64,000 nt of DNA, from assembly GCA_965203275.1 (NCBI GenBank), contig OZ241865.1:2208001-2272000 (forward strand), in the 5' to 3' direction. The notes beneath the pieces are model-generated. The model saw only the letters and a list, made by a program, of their open reading frames with translations. It ran no database searches and had not been told where the DNA came from. Of the stretch, positions 51,497 to 60,954 are shown piece by piece. A program made the position numbers and the translations under genes. Source of the DNA: Bdellovibrionales bacterium. Its GTDB lineage: Bacteria; Bdellovibrionota; Bdellovibrionia; Bdellovibrionales; JAUICD01. How positions within the stretch are numbered: position 1 is the stretch's first letter; each line of letters starts with the position of its first letter.

Positions 51497-52102
51497 TTAA
51501 TCAATATTAACAAGTTTCTTATTCTCTGTTATAATCCATATATCCCTGTGCATATTTCTAGCTCCAATTAAAAACTTTACATTTCGATAACCCATGTTAT
51601 CTATCCTTACGTATCTATCTGTAGCCAGGCCAGAATCAGCCCTTGAGACTTGTTGTGGTGGATAAAAGGGATTTCTTAAAACTAAAAAACAATTTGGATT
51701 TCTACCTTGCCTTATTTTACTACTGCATGCATTAAATATATTTGCCTTGTAATTAGTTGCTAGTGGACCTGTGTATGGTGGGCTTAATGAAGGCCGAGGA
51801 TCTGTATTCTTCACGTTAACGTTGTGAGGCACTCCAAATTTTCGTTGGTTATGCCATCCTGCTGTATAATGATACGTGCCTTTTGGTTCAAAGCCGAGCT
51901 GTGAAAAGCTGGCCGTACCATATCCATAATTGGTGATAAATACCTTTTCCATTGTGTAAAGTGTAGATAAGGAAAGTTTAGCCTCTCCCTGTCTAGCCTT
52001 CGCTTTGTACTTTTGATATTGTGGAATAGCCACAACACTTAAAACACCGATAATGCCTACGACTACCAATAACTCAATTAAAGAAAAGCCTGCTTGTTTC
52101 AT
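51497..52102 (-). CDS. Type IV pilin-like protein
   Basis: G|FSLIELLVVVGIIGVLSVVAIPQY prepilin motif. Confidence 0.9.
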   Translation of the reverse strand: MKQAGFSLIELLVVVGIIGVLSVVAIPQYQKYKAKARQGEAKLSLSTLYTMEKVFITNYGYGTASFSQLGFEPKGTYHYTAGWHNQRKFGVPHNVNVKNTDPRPSLSPPYTGPLATNYKANIFNACSSKIRQGRNPNCFLVLRNPFYPPQQVSRADSGLATDRYVRIDNMGYRNVKFLIGARNMHRDIWIITENKKLVNID

Positions 52103-52115
52103 ATTGTGTTTCCTT

Positions 52116-52589
52116 TTAAATAACTGTTTCCTTACAAAAACTATCAAAAACTTGCCACTTTAGCTGTTGGCAATCCAATGGCTTATCATTATCCAAAGAG
52201 ACCACAAGCCCACAAATATATACCCTGTGATCATGAAACTTCTTAGATGTTGATAGTGTTTCTTTACAAGCTTGAGTCATGGCCGGAATACCTCGATAGA
52301 TATTGCATGTGCTTTCCTTACAAGCACTTAAAAGATTTGCCTTAGTTCCTTTCAATTTGTTTTTTTCAATATAATTTGTGTTTGGACTATAAAGACTATC
52401 CCATGCTTTCTGTGTGATGCGAATGTCTGTATTTATCCTTTTGTCTGTTTTTACATTAAGGCTTTCATTAATAAAAGCAATTGGAGCAATCCATGATATT
52501 GCCAAGCAAACAAAAGCACACGATAACCCTATAGGATTATCTAGTTTCTTAATCGTTATTTTTAGAAAGTTAAGTGTCTTTAAAACCAT
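52116..52589 (-). CDS. Hypothetical membrane-anchored Cys-containing protein in the pilin cluster
   Basis: N-terminal hydrophobic segment; abuts the stop codon of the upstream pilin. Confidence 0.55.
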   Translation of the reverse strand: MVLKTLNFLKITIKKLDNPIGLSCAFVCLAISWIAPIAFINESLNVKTDKRINTDIRITQKAWDSLYSPNTNYIEKNKLKGTKANLLSACKESTCNIYRGIPAMTQACKETLSTSKKFHDHRVYICGLVVSLDNDKPLDCQQLKWQVFDSFCKETVI

Positions 52590-53290
52590 TATCCGCCATT
52601 TATATAATGTGTTAGCTTTTTATTTGAATTAATTAGCCATTGATCAATCCTTTTGCCACCAATATTGCCAGTAGCATTAATATTAAAAATGACTTCACTT
52701 CCTCTATTATTAACACCATTAGGACTATAGCCACAGTTGCCTGTACCTCCTGGTGGTGTTTTATTACATTGTCCTCTAACCATGTTATCAAAAGTACAAG
52801 TTACTCCAGTGCCACAGTCTGGACAAGCACACGTACCAGTAATCTTCATCCTCGGAGTCATGCTATCATTTGGATGGAAGCTCAATACACCCGGAGCAAA
52901 ATCAAAGTTCATTTCTAGTGTATTAACTTCATCTATATCTGTAGCTAAAGGACCATCATAGCCACCACCTGACACCTGAGATCTGGCCGTTACGTTGACA
53001 TTTATTCCTACAGCTACTTTGTCTCTTATATGCCATCCGGCCATATAATAAGCATCTCCTATTTGGCTATATCCCATTTGTCGTAGGTTAGGTGTTCCAA
53101 CATCCCACTCGGTGATAAATGTCATTTGGGCCCCATAAATACCACTAAGTATTGTTTTAGCATTGGCTTGAATAGCCTTTCGTTTAAATTGACCATATTG
53201 TGGTACGGCAATCACAGCTAATATGCCAATAATAGCCACAGTAACCATTATCTCAATTAAAGAAAATCCTTTTTGATTTGATCTGTCCAT
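52589..53290 (-). CDS. Type IV pilin-like protein
   Basis: [25 protein letters not shown]; Cys-rich variable region. Confidence 0.92.
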   Translation of the reverse strand: MDRSNQKGFSLIEIMVTVAIIGILAVIAVPQYGQFKRKAIQANAKTILSGIYGAQMTFITEWDVGTPNLRQMGYSQIGDAYYMAGWHIRDKVAVGINVNVTARSQVSGGGYDGPLATDIDEVNTLEMNFDFAPGVLSFHPNDSMTPRMKITGTCACPDCGTGVTCTFDNMVRGQCNKTPPGGTGNCGYSPNGVNNRGSEVIFNINATGNIGGKRIDQWLINSNKKLTHYINGG

Positions 53291-53306
53291 AATATCATCC
53301 TTAAGA

Positions 53307-53731
53307 TTTCACTCAAAATGCATCATGCCTCTGGCATGTTTTTGGGCAGTTAGCCCGACGGCTTATCGCCGTCGGGCTAACTGTTATTAGAAGGATATTT
53401 TCCTTAACATGATGTCAAGAGGCAAGGATATCCTTTCTTACTTGAAATGAACGGATTTTTTAGGTGTTGCCTATTTTGTCAAAGGCGAAAGCCTTTGCAG
53501 GCAACACCAAAAAACACACCAGAGGTGTGGTTCATTTCAAGTGAAAATGACGGCTGGTTTATTTTTAGTGAAAATGTAAGAAGGAACTTTTTCCTTAACA
53601 TGGTGTTACAAAATGAGGAGATCCTCCCTACTAAAAGTGGTCAAGCTTTCTAGGTTGCCAGCATTTAAGAAGGCGACAGCCTTCGGCTGGCAACCAGAAA
53701 GTGACCAGAGGTCAGACCACTTTTAGTGAAC
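53307..53731. repeat. Palindromic element cluster (reverse partial, two full copies, one right half)
   Basis: Arms ACTTGAAATGAAC/GTTCATTTCAAGT and ACTAAAAGTGGTC/GACCACTTTTAGT. Confidence 0.88.
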
Positions 53732-53734
53732 CAT

Positions 53735-54225
53735 TTAATTTCAGGGTATTTGGTCTTTAGATAGTAGAAAAAGTACAAAGGAACAGCATGATTTTTTCAT
53801 AAAATTCTTTTCATTTGTGAAAAAGGTGTCGCAAAGTACCGATAAAAAGTATATAATGGATCTCATCACTAAAGCGATGACTTATTTTTATCAGTACAAT
53901 AATCAGTTAAGCAAAGAAGTTGTTCAATCAGCTTCAAAAGAAGTGACCCAACAATTAGGAGGAGAAGATCTTATGGAAGCATTTGACTTTACCATAGAAG
54001 GTACTATGAAAAAAGGCATTCAGATTGGCCAAGAGAAAGGCAGAGAAGAAGGTAGGCAAGAAGGTAGGCAGAAGGTAGGCAGAAGGTAGAGAAGAAGGAA
54101 AGCAAAGTATTATCTTAAAAATGCTTAAAAATAACATGGATATTTCGACTATTGCAAAAATCACAGAGTCCACAGAGAACAAAATACGAGAAATACAGAA
54201 AAAACTACAAGTTTCAAATTCCTAA
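53735..54225 (+). pseudogene. Frameshifted C-terminal remnant of an Rpn/YhgA-like nuclease gene
   Basis: KGIQIGQEKGREEGRQEG repeats, then EGREEGKQSIILKMLKNNMDISTIAKITE in another frame. Confidence 0.7.
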
Positions 54226-54390
54226 AACATAGCTTTTCTTACTGATCATAGCTTATCTTAATCTTTTCCAGTGTGGATGATCACCAGGCTAGAGTTAAGA
54301 ATCAAGAACCTCCCAAAATATTTTATTTTGGATTACAAATATTTAGACAGTTCTCAAAGATTTTAATTTTAAGATTCTAACTTCTAGCTT

Positions 54391-55974
54391 CTAACTTCGA
54401 CTGATGTCATTAACAAAGGACCAAGACACATCAACACCTTTATTCTCTATATTTTGTATAGTTTTTAATAAGCTAATTTGTGAAAACAATGGCAACCTTT
54501 GAGTTTTTGTTTTTGCAATAATTAGATAATGTACATGAGGCTTTTCAAGTTTTTTTCTAGACAATTTTGTTGTTTTTTCAATACCTTTTATAAATGTTTC
54601 ATCTTTGCTAAGTAATAAAGATAAGGATACATCTCCTTGCTGGAACAAATGACTTAATCCTGATGAACCTTGATGTTTTATTTTGACATGTACAAAATAA
54701 GCTTTTTCATCAGAAGCACTGCATAAAAGGACATCACAAGGTTCTATTTTATCATAGCCACCCATTGGAATTAATTTCTTATCTAAACAATGTGCATTTT
54801 CCCATTTATTGGCCAATGCTTGATTGTATTCTGCTTCATTTTTGTGTTGATAGTCTATAAACTTTTTATCACTCAAATTTTCTTTTTTATATTTGCTTTC
54901 ATTAATTTTTTGTATTTTTTGAGATAATTTTTGATCTATTTTATACCAATAAGAGTTAGACAAATGATATTTTTTTTCTGATATAGAGCAGTCAAAAATC
55001 AAACACTCATAAACAGAGAATCTATTTGATTTACTGTCATTGCTATCAAATAAAATAATGTCCCATTTCTTTAAATTTTCAACATTTAAACTTTCAAGAA
55101 ATTTATCTTTTTGCAATAGTTCATAAAGCTTACTAATATCTAATTCTGTTATTGAATGTTTTTTTCGATTTTTAAAATTAATTTGATAAGAATTTACCAT
55201 TTGAAAATCAATCGGCTTTGGTATATCCAAATAGATATTATCAGATTGATCTTTCAGAAACCTAATTAGCTGATCATCGAGTTGGTTAATGATATCTTTA
55301 TCTTTTACTCTTTCGGTATAAAAAACTTCTGGAAATTCTTTTTCACAGTCTTTTTTCTCATATATTTCATAAAGTTTTTTACATAATTTATCTAAATCTT
55401 CTAGAGGTTGATCAGAATCTATTGTAATAGAATCCGATCCACTAATACTTGAAAATAGATCTTTGTATTTCTGTTTTGTTTTTCCTGTAATGCGTCTTAA
55501 AATATTGGAAAATTTATCTATATCATGTCCTGTAAGACTTGAATCTTGAGTTGTTTGAGTTCTTTTTTGCTTTGAGTGATCAGAAGGGATAAACACATCT
55601 GAACTTTTGATTTTGTCTTTATCTAAGGAGTTTAAAGCTGTCTTTAAACCAAAATCCCCGACAACTTTATTTTTATCTAGTGCGGTGCTACCATATCCAA
55701 AGCAAATAGCAAATACATATTGTGAATTGTAAGGAATGAATAAAACAGCACTTGCATTTGAGGTTTTAATCTCTATTCCTAGATATTTAGACCATAAAGG
55801 TTCAAGAGGTATATTTTTTTTAACAAATAACTTCCAGTTTTTGCCATATTTTTTTTCTTTTGGAACTTTTTCTGGTTTAAATTTGGAATCGTCTTTTAAA
55901 AATTTGGAAAGATCATGTCCTGCCTCTGTCTTTAATAAAACAATAGATAATTTTTGCTTCTTAGTCTTGTTCAT
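54391..55974 (-). CDS. DUF6119/TIGR04141-like protein with PD-(D/E)XK-like C-terminus
   Basis: FAICFGYG, DFGLKTALNS, E-x2-YN, IEPCDVL...VHVK and SGLSHLFQQG pattern; family name recalled, not searched. Confidence 0.7.
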   Translation of the reverse strand: MNKTKKQKLSIVLLKTEAGHDLSKFLKDDSKFKPEKVPKEKKYGKNWKLFVKKNIPLEPLWSKYLGIEIKTSNASAVLFIPYNSQYVFAICFGYGSTALDKNKVVGDFGLKTALNSLDKDKIKSSDVFIPSDHSKQKRTQTTQDSSLTGHDIDKFSNILRRITGKTKQKYKDLFSSISGSDSITIDSDQPLEDLDKLCKKLYEIYEKKDCEKEFPEVFYTERVKDKDIINQLDDQLIRFLKDQSDNIYLDIPKPIDFQMVNSYQINFKNRKKHSITELDISKLYELLQKDKFLESLNVENLKKWDIILFDSNDSKSNRFSVYECLIFDCSISEKKYHLSNSYWYKIDQKLSQKIQKINESKYKKENLSDKKFIDYQHKNEAEYNQALANKWENAHCLDKKLIPMGGYDKIEPCDVLLCSASDEKAYFVHVKIKHQGSSGLSHLFQQGDVSLSLLLSKDETFIKGIEKTTKLSRKKLEKPHVHYLIIAKTKTQRLPLFSQISLLKTIQNIENKGVDVSWSFVNDISRS

Positions 55975-56291
55975 TCATTTATTCACTTTTATTTAAAGTA
56001 CCATTGGATTTGATCATCTAACCGAGATTTTAAGCAATATTTTTCCTTCATAATTGAAAGATGATGGTGAATTGAGGGTTGTCAAGGTTGATTCAATTAT
56101 TTTTTTCACTTTCTGTAAGACAAGGCATTTTTTCCTTAACATGGTGTTAAGAGACAAGAGGGTCCTTCTCTACTAAAAGGCCTGAGTTTGATAGCCTGCA
56201 AAAATAAAATTGAGTAAAATCAGTACGTTATAAGCCGAGAGAGATTTTATGCCACTAGGATGTAAGCTTTTCATATTGTCATCATAAATAA

Positions 56292-56319
56292 AACAAAAGG
56301 GCCGTGAGACCCTTTTGTT
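56292..56319 (-). terminator. Rho-independent terminator after the major pilin gene
   Basis: AACAAAAGGG/CCCTTTTGTT stem; a second hairpin CATAGGGACT/AGTCCCTATG lies adjacent. Confidence 0.65.
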
Positions 56320-56395
56320 AAAAAAAACATAGGGACTTAGCAATAGTCCCTATGCTCATCATGCTTAAACTTTAAAATTAAAGGATCGTGTTTCT

Positions 56396-57112
56396 TTATT
56401 GTGTCCCGTCTTCCTCATTTTGCATTACTTTACCACTAGACATAGTCCACTCATCAGTTACAGCACCCCCTATATCTCCAGAGGCCCCTATAATAAAAGC
56501 AATATTGCCAGCACCTCGGACAGAATTATCTATGGCACTAGCTCCAGGTGTTGCTGCAGTAACTATCTGCCCTAAACAACTTGACCTATTTCCAGCTCCA
56601 TCATGCGGATCGCATAAAGTAGTACTCCCGGTGCAGTCGTTTGTGGCAACGGTCCATCCACAATATGTATTTCCTGACGCCTCCACGATTGAAGGCGTTC
56701 CAGCTGTAATACCATAAGCTGTATCGAATGCTTCATGTGTACTTACCTTATCAACATCAGCAGCTGTTTGTGGAAGTGGTCCTCGAAAACCCGCTGGCCG
56801 GGTTATTGTATTTACGTTATTATTGGTAGTGGTTTTTTGAGCTGCCGCCCATCCAGCATTATAAGTTACAGCTCCGTCAGTATTAAAGCCTAACTGTACC
56901 AAACTCGCTGTTCCAACTCCCCATTCAGAAATAAAAGCTATTTCAGTTGCATATATACCAGAAAGAAGTGTCTTCGCTTCTGTTTGCATTGCCCTTCTTT
57001 GGAATTGAGCATATTGTGGAATAGCCACAGCGGCCAGAATTCCAATAATAGCCACGACGACCATTAATTCAATTAAACTAAAACCTTTTTGATTCTTAAT
57101 TAAACGTTCCAT
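56396..57112 (-). CDS. pilA: Type IV pilin, probably the major pilin
   Basis: [33 protein letters not shown]; own terminator. Confidence 0.85.
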   Translation of the reverse strand: MERLIKNQKGFSLIELMVVVAIIGILAAVAIPQYAQFQRRAMQTEAKTLLSGIYATEIAFISEWGVGTASLVQLGFNTDGAVTYNAGWAAAQKTTTNNNVNTITRPAGFRGPLPQTAADVDKVSTHEAFDTAYGITAGTPSIVEASGNTYCGWTVATNDCTGSTTLCDPHDGAGNRSSCLGQIVTAATPGASAIDNSVRGAGNIAFIIGASGDIGGAVTDEWTMSSGKVMQNEEDGTQ

Positions 57113-57132
57113 AATAACCTCCACGGTTTAAT

Positions 57133-57340
57133 TCACTAAAAGTGGTCTAGCCTCTGGCTACTTTTGGGCAATGACCGCAAAGGCTTTCGCCTTTGACAAA
57201 ATGGTCATTGCCTCAAAAGCCTGACCACTTTTAGTAGGAAGGATACTTTCGTTTCTTAACACTATGTTAAGGAAAAAGTTCCTTCTGTTGATTTCCTTTT
57301 CACTCAAAGTAAACCAGCTTCTGGTCACTTTTAGTGAAAC
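57133..57340 (-). repeat. Reverse-oriented palindromic element plus partial copy in the pilin 5' region
   Basis: ACTAAAAGTGGTC/GACCACTTTTAGT arms and TTAACACTATGTTAAGGAAA. Confidence 0.88.
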
Positions 57341-57352
57341 ATTCTAAACGAC

Positions 57353-57769
57353 CTAGTGATTTCAATGACTTAGTACTGTGACTTTTGTATAAAAGTCACA
57401 ATTTGAAAAAGCAAAAAACAGGCAAATTTTTGCAAGAAAATTGTTTTGAAAAATAAAACAAAGCAAAAGTTATAAAACACAAATGAAAAACCATTACTTA
57501 TTTTTCTGATCTTATGTTTTTAAGATTAGTAAAGTGTTTCAAGATGATACAAAAATTTTAAAAAGTGATTCTTTTTGATACAAAATGTCACTTTTTTTGA
57601 TTTTTTTTAACAAAAATATAAAGTTTTATGTCATAATAAACGATAAGAATTGTGTTAGACGAAAAATTAGAAATTTCTAAAGTCGACCTAAAAAAGTCTA
57701 ACAATTACAAACACTTAATACTGTGACTTTTATACAAAAGTTACAGTATTAACTTATTGAAATCACTAG
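57353..57769. repeat. 48-bp inverted repeats (44/48 identical) flanking a 321-bp AT-rich segment
   Basis: 57353-57400 matches the reverse complement of 57722-57769. Confidence 0.9.
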
Positions 57770-57824
57770 ATTTCCAATTTTCAAATACCCTTTTCCCTAT
57801 CTTTTAGAAAAATTCCCAAAAGAC

Positions 57825-58383
57825 GAACATCTTGTTTCCCTAACATTGTGTCAATCCGGGATCTGGGATCCGGGATCCAGCAACCCGGCATCTGGTCCTA
57901 GAAATGAACTTTTTCCTTAACATCGTGTTAAAAAACGAGGAGATCCTTTCTACTAAAAGTGGTCAGGCTTTCTAGGTTGCCAGTAGTGATGAAGGAATTT
58001 TTTCCTTAACATGATGTTAAAAAAGGAAGAGATCCTCCCTACTAAAAGTAAACGGACTTTTGAGGCAATGACCATTTTGCCAATGGCAAAAAAAGTGAAA
58101 TAAATATCTTGTTTCCTTAACATGGTGTTAAGAGACAAAGAGATCCTTCCTACTAAAAGTAAACGGACTTTTGAGGCATTGCTCTTTTAATATAATTTTG
58201 AAAGCATTGTGTTTCCTTAACATGCAGTAAAAAAATGAAGAGATCCTCCCTACTCAAAGTGAACAGGCTTTTGAGACAATGACCATTTTGTCAACGGCGA
58301 AAGCCGTTGCGGTCATTGTCCAAAAGTGGCCAGAGGCCAGTTCACTTTGAGTGAAACAGAGGCTAGTTTACTTTTAGTGAAAA
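57825..58383 (+). repeat. Palindromic element cluster (stacked left halves, one full copy, one right half)
   Basis: Five TTCC(C/T)TAACAT starts; full copy ~58210-58357. Confidence 0.9.
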
Positions 58384-60103
58384 CAGTAGGAAGGGTTTTG
58401 ACTTATGCTTATGAAAGTTCCAGGTTTAGTTGCAGGAACTGTTGGTAGAGGAGTTTCAGTAGGAAGGGTTTTGACTTATGCTTATGAAAGAGAGGCTGGA
58501 TGGGAACATTTATTGACGAATTACAGTTTCAGTAGGAAGGGTTTTGACTTATGCTTATGAAAGTTGTTAAGGGATATATTGATGGTCGCTTCTTTACAAG
58601 TTTCAGTAGGAAGGGTTTTGACTTATGCTTATGAAAGCGAATATATTATGCATTTAGATACACTTACAACAGGTTTCAGTAGGAAGGGTTTTGACTTATG
58701 CTTATGAAAGCAAAGAAAGGATGGGCATCGGCAAATCCTTTTTATAGTTTCAGTAGGAAGGGTTTTGACTTATGCTTATGAAAGTTTATACAGGCAACAA
58801 AGCACTAAGACTTAAACGCGTTTCAGTAGGAAGGGTTTTGACTTATGCTTATGAAAGCCGGAAGAGTTGATCAGTATATTTGGGATAAGTTTGTTTCAGT
58901 AGGAAGGGTTTTGACTTATGCTTATGAAAGCTTCCCGTATAGCTTTTTCTGCATTGCTTTATGTTGTGTTTCAGTAGGAAGGGTTTTGACTTATGCTTAT
59001 GAAAGCCTACACACCGCCTTTATGCGTGGTAGTGAAAGGTTTCAGTAGGAAGGGTTTTGACTTATGCTTATGAAAGCTCACAAACGCACTTTCTTTGTCT
59101 TGATCTTGAAAGGTTTCAGTAGGAAGGGTTTTGACTTATGCTTATGAAAGAGACCTTGACGATAGTGATGGCAGTGAAATTGATAGTTTCAGTAGGAAGG
59201 GTTTTGACTTATGCTTATGAAAGTCAGTTCAGTTTACTAAGTTAAATGAGATATTTAGTTTCAGTAGGAAGGGTTTTGACTTATGCTTATGAAAGTGCAC
59301 TTCAAGCGGTCTAATGACCATCTTAGTTTTAGTTTCAGTAGGAAGGGTTTTGACTTATGCTTATGAAAGGAAGAGCCTGGTGATGGTGACTTAACACTTG
59401 CAGGGTTTCAGTAGGAAGGGTTTTGACTTATGCTTATGAAAGGTGATAATTGGTGATGAGATATTGGGTAAGCAATTAGTTTCAGTAGGAAGGGTTTTGA
59501 CTTATGCTTATGAAAGGAAGAGCCTGGTGATGGTGACTTAACACTTGCAGGGTTTCAGTAGGAAGGGTTTTGACTTATGCTTATGAAAGGTGATAATTGG
59601 TGATGAGATATTGGGTAAGCAATTAGTTTCAGTAGGAAGGGTTTTGACTTATGCTTATGAAAGGGGTTTATGATTCCGCAAAAGCTCAAGCTGAAATAAG
59701 TTTCAGTAGGAAGGGTTTTGACTTATGCTTATGAAAGTTAAACCCCGAAGCCGTCGCCCCACATGCAAATAGGTTTCAGTAGGAAGGGTTTTGACTTATG
59801 CTTATGAAAGCAAGGTCAATATGGTAACCTGTTAGGTTCTTAAAAGGTTTCAGTAGGAAGGGTTTTGACTTATGCTTATGAAAGCCAAAGTTAAATAAGA
59901 GACCTAAAGGTACACAAATGTTTCAGTAGGAAGGGTTTTGACTTATGCTTATGAAAGGTTGTATCTCTTTAGTTCTCTTTCCCTCGGTTCCTGTTTCAGT
60001 AGGAAGGGTTTTGACTTATGCTTATGAAAGGTCATTACGACAGCTTTTCTTACAGCTTTACGTATGTTTCAGTAGGAAGGGTTTTGACTTATGCTTATGA
60101 AAG
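58384..60103 (+). CRISPR. Type II-B CRISPR array: 24 repeats (38 nt), 23 spacers (33-37 nt)
   Basis: Repeat GTTTCAGTAGGAAGGGTTTTGACTTATGCTTATGAAAG; first repeat lacks GTTT; + strand inferred from complementarity to the tracrRNA. Confidence 0.98.
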
Positions 60104-60237
60104 GCTTAAAATATCCTACGGATTGCAATGGGTTAGGGGTGATATGATGTGTTATTTTTCGAAGAAAAGTATATTGTAAAAAATATGCTTGATTTTGCGA
60201 AGACATTTTACCACCTCCTACTCATAGCTCTAGTAGC

Positions 60238-60391
60238 CCTATAGTATAAGTTAAATCTTTTAACCACTGTAATCATCTGATGATGTGATCAAATCATATA
60301 TAAATCATATATGATTTGTCATAAACAAAAGAGAACAAAAACTTAAGGGTTTTGTGACCAAGCCACTACCAAAGGTACGCTTGGTTTTTTT
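60238..60391 (+). ncRNA. tracrRNA-like RNA with extended scaffold, copy 1
   Basis: Anti-repeat 60243-60261, then AACCACTGTAATCATCT, extra hairpins and a terminal stem-loop with U-tract; 5' end approximate. Confidence 0.65.
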
Positions 60392-60430
60392 ATACTCCTA
60401 TACTTTTCTATCATTGCAATAGTTTAAATC

Positions 60431-60496
60431 CTGAGTTTGATAGCCTGCCTGAAAAAAAGAAAATGTCCATATTCGCAAATCAACTGTCAAACTCAG
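60431..60496. mobile_element. 66-bp MITE-like element with 13-bp terminal inverted repeats
   Basis: CTGAGTTTGATAG ... CTGTCAAACTCAG; isolated ends also at ~31117-31146, ~33735, ~40389-40440 and ~56180. Confidence 0.55.
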
Positions 60497-60511
60497 AATT
60501 GTGTTCAAGGA

Positions 60512-60663
60512 CATTTTGTTTCCTTAACATCATGTTAAAAAATGAGGAGATCCTCCTTACTAAAAGTAAACGGACTTTTGAGGCAATCAGCCTTTGATCG
60601 ACGGCAAAAGCCGTCGGGCTGATTGCCCAAAAGCAACCAGAGGTTGGTTTACTTTTAGTGAAA
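60512..60663 (+). repeat. Full copy of the palindromic element
   Basis: ACTAAAAGTAAAC/GTTTACTTTTAGT, AACC-AGA-GGTT and CGACGGC-AAAA-GCCGTCG. Confidence 0.9.
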
Positions 60664-60741
60664 ATCAGAAAAGTATATTGTAAAAAATATGCTTGATTTT
60701 GCGAAGACATTTTACCACCTCCTACTCATAGCTCTAGTAGC

Positions 60742-60884
60742 CCTATAGTATAAGTTAAATCTTTTAACCACTGTAATCATCTGATGATGTGATCAAATCA
60801 TATATGATTTATCACAAACAAAAGAGAACAAAAACTCAAGGGTTTTGTGACCAAGCCACTACCAAAGGTACGCTTGGTTTTTTT
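60742..60884 (+). ncRNA. tracrRNA-like RNA with extended scaffold, copy 2
   Basis: Part of the duplication 60163-60392 / 60667-60885; 5' end approximate. Confidence 0.65.
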
Positions 60885-60954
60885 ATTTCTCTATCATTGC
60901 AACTTAATTGCAATACTGAAAAAGATTGTAGGCAAGCATAGGTTTTTTATACTC

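Noticed and set aside
58845..59048. 67-aa ORF inside the CRISPR array
   Set aside because: Chance read-through of repeats and spacers
59006..59112. Spacers 9 and 10 ending in TGAAAG like the repeat end
   Set aside because: A 6-nt match in two spacers is weak evidence in an AT-rich context
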